A stretch of DNA of 63,696 bases, counting the filler, from Collodictyon triciliatum (lineage: Eukaryota): the NCBI GenBank assembly GCA_043381765.1. It is 9 parts of 9 records of this genome, joined end to end, with 100 filler letters (N's around TTAATTAATTAA, not from the genome) between each part and the next. Parts side by side here need not be neighbours in the genome. Positions count along the whole stretch, not along the records: positions 47,009 to 54,740 come from JBHJMP010003776.1; positions 54,841 to 61,247 come from JBHJMP010003778.1; positions 61,348 to 63,696 come from JBHJMP010003812.1; 6 more parts are not named here. One strand, written 5' to 3'. Shown in pieces: positions 53,001 through 63,696 of the stretch. The position numbers and the translations under genes were made by a program. The notes beneath the pieces were generated by a model, which saw only the letters and a list, made by a program, of their open reading frames with translations, did not search any database and was not told where the DNA came from. Numbering within the stretch: position 1 is the first letter of the stretch; every line of letters begins with the position of its first letter.

Positions 53001-54598
53001 AAAAAAACCATCAACAGGACTCACACTTTCTTTATCTTTGAGTTTTCCTGCATGATTATTATGTAAAGTCGTATGCTCCTAATAAGGCGAGGACATAAGG
53101 CTTTTGGTAAACTCTCCAAAAAATGAAAGACATAATAGATTGGTTCAGTAGTGGAGACACCTGAGCCGGGGCAAGTAAAATCGCAGCTTAAATAAATTTT
53201 TTTTTAAAAAAAGCACTCTTTTAAGGAAGTAAAATTACGATTCTATCTGAAGGAGCCTCCTTCTTGGTAAAAGAGGGACTTTCCCTGAGATTTTCTCGTT
53301 CAGTTCTTCTTCTATAAAATTTTGATGATTGATCAATTGGATACATAAATGAAATAAGTGCAAGTTGATGATGCTTCGTTGCAAAAATAAATAAATAATA
53401 GTAATAATGAAAAAATCACGCTTTTTCCGCTGACATGCGGTGAGCCCGTATCATTTCTCGGGCACATTTCTATATAAAAATTGCAATTCATTTTTACATC
53501 TAATATGGCTTTTTTTTTAGTTGATGCGATGCAAATATTATATATTGCACACACATAAAGCTCAAGCAAATCACAAACTTTTCTAATCACCAAAAATCGA
53601 CGAAACCATCTTTGAATGGCGATAGCGGCGTCCTCTTTAACTTTTTGGTCCATTTTCTCCAGGGTGCTTCTTCGAATATCTCCAACCGATGGACGAGATT
53701 GCGGTTTAAGATCAAAACGATTATATTGCTGTTGGTTCACATACACATTTGATGCTTTTGTGTTTTTGTGGGAAAAGTGTCCTGCAACTATGGAAAACTC
53801 AGGTTCGCGCACTGACCGGTTTTGCGTACCGGCATTTACCGAACCTTGTGTCTCACAAGACTCTATGTCATGCTCCTCAACAGAATCAGCCCCATCCCTC
53901 ACGGTTTCTCTCTTTGGCAAAGGCTCCTTTTCGATTGTTTCCATGCGAGATCGAGCCTGCTGAAGAAAGCTGCGAGCCTCTTCTGCAGCTTCATGCTCCA
54001 TCCCGACAGAAGCAGGCGAGGACGGCCGAGTCCCATTCGGATGCAACGCCACACTAGGGACAGCTGAGTGCAGAGGCTGGGCCCATTTCTCCGAATGCCG
54101 GAGCCTGTAATCCTCAGACTCGTCCGCAACCGGCTCGAAGCTTCGCAGCCCAGACGACGCCCAACGGGGGCGATATGCGGGCGCATCTGTGCCTGAATCC
54201 TCCGAGCTTCTTCGACTGCTCCTTGTCAAGGGTTTTGCCGAGCTGTGTGCGAGTTCGTCCGGGACGCTGGGACTTCGCGTTCGCAAACCCAAAGCGCCGG
54301 GTTTTGTCGAGGATGGGGTGGGGTTTGTTGAGTAGATTCGGTCGCTAGACTCGTTCTGGGCCTTGGGCTTGGGGGTTGGCTTGGAGGTTGGCTTGGGTTT
54401 TGGCGGCGGGTTTGAACTCGCTGGTGGATTTGCGAACGGGCTCGAGCCGAGCGTGAGTGTGGTTTTGCTCATCCCTGTTCTCGGGGATGCGGCTGAAGCG
54501 GCCCCGCGGCTTCCAACTTGGGGGCGATCGGACTGTGTGCCGACTGGACCGCTTGGGCGCGGACTGGGTGTGCTGCTTGCGCGGGATCTGGACTGCAT
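47913..54598 (-). CDS. CEP131: Centrosomal protein CEP131 (AZI1), about 23 exons
   Basis: IQ motifs (AAIAIQRWFRR; IIQTSFRK); DILSYLDNIE; VISRHLGFIDQLLADKQELSKQCE; KAKEIKETTIKGLEPEIQRML; ERDVEIEKVIFKLEEE; LNERVRLIIQKKDEQI; phase-consistent chain ending TAG at 47913-47915. Confidence 0.9.
48801..48900. repeat. Intronic (GAA)n microsatellite
   Basis: Directly visible. Confidence 0.95.
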
Positions 54599-54608
54599 GT
54601 CTGCGCCG

Positions 54609-54695
54609 TGTTTGTTTGTTTGTTTGTTTGTTTGTTTGTTTGTTTGTTTGTTTGTTTGTTTGTTTGTTTGTTTGTTTGTTTGTTTGTTTGTTTGT
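54609..54695. repeat. (TTTG)n microsatellite just upstream of the CEP131 ATG
   Basis: Directly visible. Confidence 0.95.
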
Positions 54696-54840
54696 GGGTG
54701 CCGCGGGTTGTTATGTTTGAAAGTATGGCTGCTTTTTCCTNNNNNNNNNNNNNNNNNNNNNNNNNNNNNNNNNNNNNNNNNNNNTTAATTAATTAANNNN
54801 NNNNNNNNNNNNNNNNNNNNNNNNNNNNNNNNNNNNNNNN

Positions 54841-54937
54841 AGAGAGAAAAGAGAGAGAAAAGAGAGAGAAAAGAGAGAGAAAAGAGAGAGAAAAGAGAGA
54901 GAAAAGAGAGAGAAAAGAGAGAGAAAAGAGAGAGAGA

Positions 54938-55011
<74 letters not shown>

Positions 55012-55015
55012 AGAA
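54841..55015. repeat. AG-rich purine microsatellite
   Basis: Directly visible. Confidence 0.95.
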
Positions 55016-55224
55016 GGAATATTCAGCCAAGGAAGTCAAGAAACATCAATACAGATCGACAAACGAAAACAAAGAAACACTAACTCAAATCCAGTAACAA
55101 CACTCGCCCATCGATCGAATCTCCTCCTCTGCCACTGATTTTGCTATTCTCAATCCTTTTTTTTTTCTACATCCCTGTTTTATTGTCTCTTCTACTCAAA
55201 AAGAAAAAAAGGAGAGAAAAAGTC

Positions 55225-58200
55225 ATGGAGCCAGTCAATTCAGATCCAAAGCGCCGCGGACGAACAAGCACAAACACAATGGAAAACACAGTCACAAACG
55301 CACGCAGCCGCACAGCCAAGCAGAGGCAGAATCCAAATCCAAATCCAAATCCAAGTCTAAATCACTTGGCAAACTTTCATACAAACCCGGCCATGATGAA
55401 CCATCATCACGCACCGACATTCACATCTGATATCACATCAGCGTTCGCCAACGGTGATCACGCATCACTATCACACAAATCAGCGCCGTCGTTCTCTTCT
55501 CTGCTGAACGGAGCCCCAATGCACATTGCCGATATCCCATTCGAATATCCCTTAATGCCAAAGGATGCCACCAACGCAGGCAAATCTGCACAGCACCCAA
55601 AAAAGACGCATGTGCGTGTAGTGGAGTCGACATCCTTGAACTTTGTGTCGGAGTCTTCATTTGATTCGGAGCTCTCAGACATGTCATCATCAGACTCATC
55701 ATCGTCCTCGTCGTCATCTGATTCATCTGATTCATCCGGGTCAGAGTTGCGGTCCCGGTCGTCATCAGCATCAGCATCAGCATCGGGTTTGTCGAACCTT
55801 TCATCATCACAGCAGCAGCATCAGCAGCAGACAGGAACATCCAAGCCAAAGAAGCCTCGGTCGAGATCCAAGCGCGAAGGCAAGGCAAAGATAGAGCCGT
55901 GGACTGAAGAGGAGGATTTGCTTTTGAAGGCTGTCGTGGGTCAGCATCATGGGCGCAATTGGAAGAAAGTTGCAGAGTGTCTGCCTGGACGGACGGATGT
56001 CCAGTGCCTTCATCGTTGGCAGAAAGTGATTAATCCGCAGCTGATCAAGGGGTCTTGGTCCAAGGAGGTTGGTCTTTATCCATGTCGTCTATCGAGAAAG
56101 AAAAGGAAAATCTGCACCACAACTTGCTACAACATTATAAGTTGTTTTATTAGTATTATTTATTCCATGTTGATTTTTATTTACCCATATGTGCATAGGA
56201 GGATGAGAATTTGATTAGGCTGGTGGAAAAGTTTGGGCCCAAATCATGGGCTCATATTGCATCCCACTTCCGCGGGCGAATTGGAAAGCAATGCCGAGAG
56301 CGCTGGTTCAATCACCTGAGCCCTGATGTGAAGAAAGATGCGTGGACAACGCTGGAGGAAGGAATCATGATTGAGGTGCACGAGGTTTTGGGCAATCGCT
56401 GGGCGGAAATAGCAAAATATCTTCCAGGTCGATCAGACAATGCGATAAAGAACCGATGGAACTCCACGGTCAAAAAACGTGTGATGGCCATGAAAGAATC
56501 GGGGACTCCTCTCCCAACTGGTCTCGTCGATTGGAATGCTTCTCAATCGAACACTCACAATTCCAGCAGCGCTCACGTCTCTTCAGATCCATCGAAAACA
56601 AAACCCTCGACCCATGGAAATGCAGCGGTGGCGGCGGCTATTCATCTAAATCAACATTTAAATGGATCTCTTTCATCAGCACCTAACCTGGATGACATCA
56701 ACCCTGCTTTCAACGCATTAACCAATGTAAACAAGCGGAGCTCTTCGATTCCTGTCTCTCATCTGACAGTCTTCAATTACATACAACCGCCTCATATCAT
56801 CGCGCCATCCTCGTCGTATGTAACAGCAGCATCTTCTACTGGGCATGATTCAAGTCCATCTTCAAAGAAGTTGTTACTTCCCTCATGCAAGGAATTATCA
56901 AAAGTATCGCTGAAACGAAAGTCTGCACGGGACTCATCCGCTCATGCTGGGAGCGACACCGACTGTATGATTCTTTATTATGTATTTTGTGTGGGAAACC
57001 TGTTCATTTTCTATGTCGTTGATGTATTATTCTTTTGCAAGTTTTGTATTGACCGCCATAGAAATTATGTATGGTGAAAAAAATTAACTATATTTCTCTT
57101 CTTGCTTTTCTTGCTTTTCTTGCTTTTCTTGCTTTTCTTGCTTTTCTTGCTTTTCTTGCTTTTCTTGCTTTTCTTGCTTTTCTTGCTTTTCTTGCTTTTC
57201 TTTTGGATAAAAGCACCAGAGTTGAATGCCCAAAATACAAACGGAAAGAAGGGGAGAACCACCTCCATCAAGAAATCAAAGCCGCCGATTATCGAGTCGC
57301 TCCGGAACATACTACCAAGAGAACTGTCTCTTGGCCTTGTTGAAGACAAAGATGAGCCGCTTCCAATCACACCCGTACAAAACGATGGGGACGATTTAAG
57401 GCTCTCATCAGACATGCCATTTCTTTCGCCAGTACGCTCATCTTCGTATAACTCTCTTCTTCGGCTGCGAGGAACACACCCAGGCGGCACGGAATCGCCC
57501 AGTCCGCTGAAATATACCCCAACCAGATTGCGAACACCCACACCAAGATCGAGTGAACATTCGCAGGTTTGGCCTATTAAACCCTATTCGTGTTGATGCC
57601 TTGAATTGATATATACATATGTATATAATTGTCATATTACGATGTAAGAATCCTCATGTGTGTAAGGCAAGTGAATAGAGAATGAAAGCTTCTGCTCCTT
57701 ATTGAATATATTGAAGGGGAAAGAAATAATAACTTGGATATAGTTGTTTTGTTTTGTTTTTATTCACGTTATGGGTATTGAATAAATTCTAGGACTCTTT
57801 CGATTATATGTTCGGCCCTACGAGCTCTTTGGCTGGCCCTATTCCCCTATTTTGTGACAGCAGAGCAACCAGTGGACATGATACCAGTGGCCCTGCCTCG
57901 GCTTGGTCGTCGCACCAAAATGCAGTGTCTTCGTCTTCTTCTCATCCGTCGTTTCTGACATCTTCAAATAGCGCTTTCTGTGCGCCCATGCAATTCTACA
58001 ACAAGACAGAACGGTCTATCACACCATCAGTTTTTGAAGAAATGTCATTTAGGTCTGTTTGTTGCTTTGTTGCTTTGTTACTTTGTTACTTTGTTACTTT
58101 GTTACTTTGTTACTTTGTTACTTTGTTACTTTGTTACTTTGTTACTTTGTTACTTTGTTACTTTGTTACTTTGTTAGTTTTGTTAGTTTTGTTAGTTTTT

Positions 58201-58452
58201 TTATAGTCACCCAAAAAATTATTATTTTGTTCATCGATTAATTTATGCTAGCGTGGGCATTTTGCTGACTCTTTATTCCCAACAACAACAAAAAAAATAA
58301 TCAGCCGACAAAGCTTTGTTCCTTCCCCGTTGATTCCGCAAGGGCTCGCGAATGAATTATCATTGCTGTCCGCCCTGAACTTCAACCGGAGTCAACGAAG
58401 CAGTCCGCATCCCAATCCGACGCCGCCACCAGAAGATAATCCTAATCATTAG
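55225..58452 (+). CDS. Three-repeat (R1R2R3) MYB transcription factor, 5 exons; possible alternative last exon ~58700-58800
   Basis: [11 protein letters not shown]...[76 protein letters not shown]...[25 protein letters not shown]. Confidence 0.93.
57098..57200. repeat. Intronic (CTTGCTTTT)n repeat; (TTTGTTAC)n also at ~58070-58172
   Basis: Directly visible, inside MYB introns. Confidence 0.9.
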
Positions 58453-59397
58453 CGCGACCAGGCGAAGACGTCCACCAATCCACATTCTTCCTCTTCTCTT
58501 TTTTCTATCTTTATTCGCGATTTAAAAAAAAAATATTATTATGTTTACATTCTTCCCCGTGCCCCTCATTTTTTTTTTTCGCATCCTGCTTGCGATTCAA
58601 TTCGAAGCAGTCGCCTTTCCATATTATTAGTATTAGGAGCCCCCCAAAAAAAATGTGAGATGAAAAAGAGCAGGCCACTTTGACAGTTATGTTCTATAGT
58701 TACTCGCCATCACTGATGAAGCTAAGGAGAGAACAAATGAGTCTGGTTTATCAACTGATGCCAGTCCCAGAAAACGTGCTCTGTGAGTCCTCAGCTTGAA
58801 ACCTGTGTGCCTTTTTCGCTCTCTTTTCTTTTGGTTTAATTTGTCTTTTGGAAAGAAAAAAAATGCCCTGCGGCGACCTGGGGAAAAAAAGGCTAGTGGT
58901 CTCTTGTTTGAGGAAGTTGGAATAAAAAGAAAAGAAAAGACACGTAGGAGACGGGGTAGATAAAAGGTGTGATGACTCTAACTGATGGACATCAGAGTGT
59001 GGATGATGGAGGTAGGGCTTATGTTTGATACTAAATCAAGCAAATCATAAACCCATGGCGTTGTGTGAGAATCTTATAACCCTAACTTGCAAAGAAAGCA
59101 CCAGGGTAGCATCATTTAAATGTGCCAAAGTTTTTATTTCAAAGGGGTTATTTTTTTATGATTGAGCTGCTGCATGTGCGAAGGATAAACTGTTTGCCTA
59201 TGTAATTTGTACTCGGAGCATTCATAGCTATGAGTTTGCGCAACAACAATAAAAGGAGAGAGAGAAAAAAATAAGTAAATCCTCGAGCACATCATACTTT
59301 ATAAAAAAAATTTGCATGTTTTTTTTTTCTCACAGGATAACTGTAACATATACTGCCACATATCTTTCAAAGAAACATCGTACACAGAAACCACCAG

Positions 59398-60507
59398 CTA
59401 GGGAGGGTGATTATTCCAGAAAGGGTCCAGTATTATGCCTTGGAGGCTCCTTTGCCGAGGATGTGATGAGAGCCTTTCGCCCATGATTGGCTCCTTTTGC
59501 TTGCTCGTGTGTGGAGTATACGTCTGCCAGTTCGTTAGAGATAGGAAGCGGGGTTGCTTGGATTGTCTGGCGGTTGGATTGAATTGTAGTGAGTATGTTG
59601 CCCTCAAATAGAACAGAAAGATTAAGGCGGAAGTGACAAAATTAATGTACAGATAACTCTAAATGAATTTGCATACATGTGTCGCAGCACCTTGCGGATG
59701 AATGTATAGTAGTAATAATGACATTAGAATGGGAAGAGAAATGAAAAAGAAAAGAGCCATTAGTTAAAAAAAAAAGCCCCGAATGCATGGAAATTTCTTT
59801 TGTTCTATTGTGCCAATATATAATTTATTATTCATATATAATAACCACCAGAGCTTTTGGCTCCGCTGCTCGCCTCTGGTTTTTGTTGGCCCGCAAATGT
59901 TGAGTTGTACGTTGTATCTAGATATCTTTACGAAATATACGTGCCGAGATTAAAATGCAAAGAGAAAAAGAAAAACATATATTTTAAGGGCTAGAAAATT
60001 ATTTCAGAATGAGACGCAGTATTCATATATTAAATTTAAACCGTTTGTTATGCTCAGGTCCGTGTGTAGGCAGTGTGGCGTTAAATTCAGACTCCTTTGT
60101 AGTGTGAGCGCTTCATTGACACACATTATCGTTTAAAAAAATTCATTGTTTTATAATCAGACATAATTTACATTAGTAGGATATAATGCTTATCAAGTTT
60201 AGTTGGTTCTAGTAGGATTAGTAGATAAGAGTGTGCATAATTTCATAGGTTCCAGCAAATGATGGTAAATGAATGTGGTGTTTTTTTGTGATATACCGGT
60301 CAGTGTAGACATCAACAAAGTTTTCTTTCTGAACCATATTTATACGCTCAGGCCTCGGAATGTGTTTTGGTTCACCTCGGATTTCGCTGGCTGTGGTGGT
60401 TGAATGCACCTCCTTTTGAGATGAGTATAATTACACGAATATCTAAATATATGCGTTTGGCGATATGTAAATGAATATGATATCAAAGGTACTTCTGAAA
60501 GTTAGAG

Positions 60508-60606
<99 letters not shown>

Positions 60607-61147
60607 TATGTTGCATCATGCATTTACACATTACACAAAACTTACATATCCATAATTTGGAAGGGGTGAACTATGCACATGGGGAGCACGTTTGAGTCTC
60701 TCTACAGGAACATCAATTTCGAATGGCCGCGACTACAGAAGGTAAGTTCGAGTATTTTGTACAGAGACATAACGTTAGTTTACGAAGAGCCATGTGTGGA
60801 TAGAATTACATGTGCGAAACATGCTTTTCATTTGTTTTGTTTTTAATTTCTATTGTGCTCATTAATAATAAGAAAAAATACGGAAAAAGTACAGAAGACT
60901 CAATAGGTCTACAAATGAAGCTGAGAGAGAAAAAAGAAGCATTTTTTTCCTTCACTCGATTCAAAGAGAGAGAAAAAGAAACATCGTTTATATAAGAAAA
61001 TAAATATTTAAAAGAAGTTTGCATACAGAAGAGAATGGATGCAAATGCAAATGCAAAGAAAGGAGAAATGCTACCGATGCGTGATTCCCCATCTGCGTGT
61101 CATGTTCGTTGTGGAAGCGATCCTCGTACCAGTTGTCTACGTGAGGA
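59398..61147 (-). CDS. Hypothetical protein with NWE-like motif, putative ciliary microtubule inner protein; 6 exons, 5' truncated
   Basis: Phase-consistent GT-AG chain PHVDNWYEDRF...NHAS|SRPFEIDVP...YGY|EVHSTTTASE...TDR|AHTTKESEF...|...|ATYSLQF...PP*. Confidence 0.55.
60508..60606. repeat. Intronic (GATA)n microsatellite
   Basis: Directly visible. Confidence 0.95.
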
Positions 61148-61353
61148 CTCGGTCAAATGTACGATGCGGCAGTTATGTGAGCTTCATAGACACACACAAA
61201 AAAAAAAAAAAGTATAGATAGAAAATGAAAAAAAAAAATAAAGCATCNNNNNNNNNNNNNNNNNNNNNNNNNNNNNNNNNNNNNNNNNNNNTTAATTAAT
61301 TAANNNNNNNNNNNNNNNNNNNNNNNNNNNNNNNNNNNNNNNNNNNNTCTCTT

Positions 61354-61471
<118 letters not shown>

Positions 61472-61499
61472 TTTTTGTGGTTTGATTGTTTTGGACTTA

Positions 61500-62088
61500 G
61501 TCCTGCCTTTGCTATTAATCAAAATGTTGTCACTTTTGGTGTCGCGGTGTATTACGCATGCCATGTAGGAAGTTAAGTGCAGATAAACTCTATAACAACA
61601 TCGCTTTGACTTGGATAGGAAAATATCAACCATGAAGCGAATGAACGAAGGCCTTTGTTTCTCTGAAAGACAGGTAAATGCGAACAACAAAAGGGTTCAC
61701 ATACATCAAGGCAAACTCGAGAAATGTGATACTCTGTCATTCTTTTTTCGCCCGTAGCAATCTTTGTGAGAATCACCATTAATGAGCTCTAGAATGACCT
61801 GCAGGGGTGTGGAAGGAGCCGATGCATATTACAAAAGTTTAAGATTATACGACCAACGAATGATGGAAAAAAATAGATACGACGAGAGGTAGGAAGGGAA
61901 ACCAGGAAGAATGAGTATATCGCATAAAAAAAAAAAAAGGTACAACACCCAGATTTCATTTCCTGCATAATGACTGGCTATCAATTCAACGATGCAGAGA
62001 TGTTTCAGGCGCTTCATGATGTAAAGTTGTAACGAGTTGAGATGCTCAATTCTTCCGGTGATTCTTTGCGCTTTAAAAAGTTTGTAAC
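61500..62088 (-). pseudogene. PAK/STE20-family kinase fragment, probably a pseudogene
   Basis: YIMKRLKHLCIVELIASHYAGNEIW|VILELING/...MTEYHISRVCLD|...VIHRDTKSDNILINSKG; frameshift near 61772 and no VAIK lysine segment. Confidence 0.7.
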
Positions 62089-62994
62089 TGGACGTGCGAG
62101 TCGATAGAAAAAAAGAAAGAAAGCATTATAAAATGAAAAAGAGAATTTTAAATCACAGAGGTTTTCAGAATGCGTTGTGGGGAAAAGAAAGTATAACCCT
62201 ATTCATCGGTCAAGTACATACTCATATTCTTTTTCTTTTCTTCTTTTCCCGCAACGGTCGCTGTCGCTGGAGAACGAGACTGTGACTGTGACGCAGAAGA
62301 AGCGGTCTCTTTCGGGATTGCAGATGCATTGGATTTCGCTTTTTTTCGATTTTAGTAAAAAATATGAGCCGGATGGTATTATCATAGTGTTTTGTTAATT
62401 TGTTTCTGGTTGTAGATTTTTTGAGTTCAAAATTCTGAATTTCATATAACTAATTATTTTCGCTAACCCATTTACCAAATATATATATTCACAAGCATTG
62501 AGAAATATGGTTATATACACAATCAACTCCTTCATAACAAAGTTACCATACAAAACAACAAAACCACCGCATTGCAAAAAATATATCTCCCTCCAAAAAA
62601 AAGGAGGACAATGAAGCGAATAAAACAACGAAAACAAAAAACAAAATACAAGAATGAAGCAAAAGGCCATGAAAATGTAAAGGCCAAGCGCCGACCTGAC
62701 TCACGCGGCACAGCTTTTGAGAGCGATGCGGCTGCAATCGGGGCAGATTTGTCGACGGTGTTTGTGGCAGAGGGAATCGGACATGGCGCTGTCTTTAGTG
62801 TGTTTGAAGGCGACGGTCCGGACTGCGAACCGGGTGCGGGTCCGATGGTTGCGCAGCTTCCTTGGAATCGGCTCACAAGCTGCGTCACATGGTGGCGATG
62901 ATTGTTTCCCATGGATGCAGTCTCCCTTAGCGGAATAAACGGTGATGGGTTATGGTGACAGGTCTTCAAACCATCTCTTATTTCCCTTTTCACT

Positions 62995-63058
62995 CTCTTC
63001 TTTTCTTTTCTTTTCTTTTCTTTTCTTTCTTTTCTTTCTTTCTTTTCTTTCTTTCTTT

Positions 63059-63142
<84 letters not shown>

Positions 63143-63143
63143 T

Positions 63144-63202
<59 letters not shown>

Positions 63203-63203
63203 C
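62995..63203. repeat. (TTTC)n pyrimidine microsatellite
   Basis: Directly visible. Confidence 0.95.
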
Positions 63204-63696
63204 TATTGAGCGGGTGATTGCTTTTGCTATTTGATGGCATACTGGAACTGCAAAGAGTTGCCCATACCCCTAGGTCTTGTTCGTATATATTACGTATATG
63301 TTAATAGTTACCTTATCACCACTACTTACATAGCTTTTTTCGAAGCATTCTTTCAGGGTTTGCTCACGTCATACCAAATACGACGAATATCATAACGAAA
63401 CAGAGTGCCATGAAACGCAATCAAACGTCCTTTTTCGTTTCAGATTTTTCGTGCATGCGCTGCGGAAGTGTACATGTGTATATGCACGCATATAATGAGG
63501 TGGTTTTTCGCTTGGTTGATGTCAGAAGTAGGTTAAATTGCATCTTTTTTTTTAATATGTTAAATTGTTCACGTTATCATTAATATTGTCATAGTTATCC
63601 ACGCCATTGTGTATACGTATGTGTTTCTTCGTTTTGTGGAATAGGTTCATAACCATTTATGACGAAGCGAGTTCCGCCCTGCCACCGCCCCCCCGC

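Noticed and set aside
151-58452. Genome-wide alternative genetic code
   Set aside because: TAA, TAG and TGA all end conserved genes, and conserved exons have no in-frame stops
58712-58762. TGATGA...CTGA box C/D-like pair
   Set aside because: No recognisable rRNA guide; reads better as a possible extra MYB exon
60664-60677. GGTGAACTATGC match to LSU rRNA (possible snoRNA guide)
   Set aside because: Falls in a coding exon (VHSSP) with no adjacent box D

Overview
Eukaryotic (protist-like) DNA, not a prokaryotic locus. The window is nine unrelated contigs, most about 7.7 kb, joined by artificial 100-nt spacers (44 N + TTAATTAATTAA + 44 N), so adjacency across spacers has no meaning. Manual splicing recovers intron-rich genes for an OB-fold protein, a GATA factor, a Myb/SANT protein, a CYP7-clan P450, RRP40, an axonemal dynein light chain-domain protein, HEI10, glutamate dehydrogenase, CEP131, a 3R-MYB and a probable NWE-motif ciliary protein. 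Also present are an intronless histone H2B, LINE fragments and pseudogenes (HECT ligase, PAK/STE20 kinase). The gene set suggests a flagellated, meiosis-capable protist, possibly amoebozoan (inference). Two signals stand out. (1) A U12-type AT-AC intron in GDH that the reading frame forces, alongside GC-AG introns and relaxed U2 splice signals. (2) A >2570-aa intronless protein fusing at least 17 WD40 repeats to about 17 tandem 93-aa Cys-rich repeats. All gene models and family calls were made by eye from recalled motifs; no searches were run.
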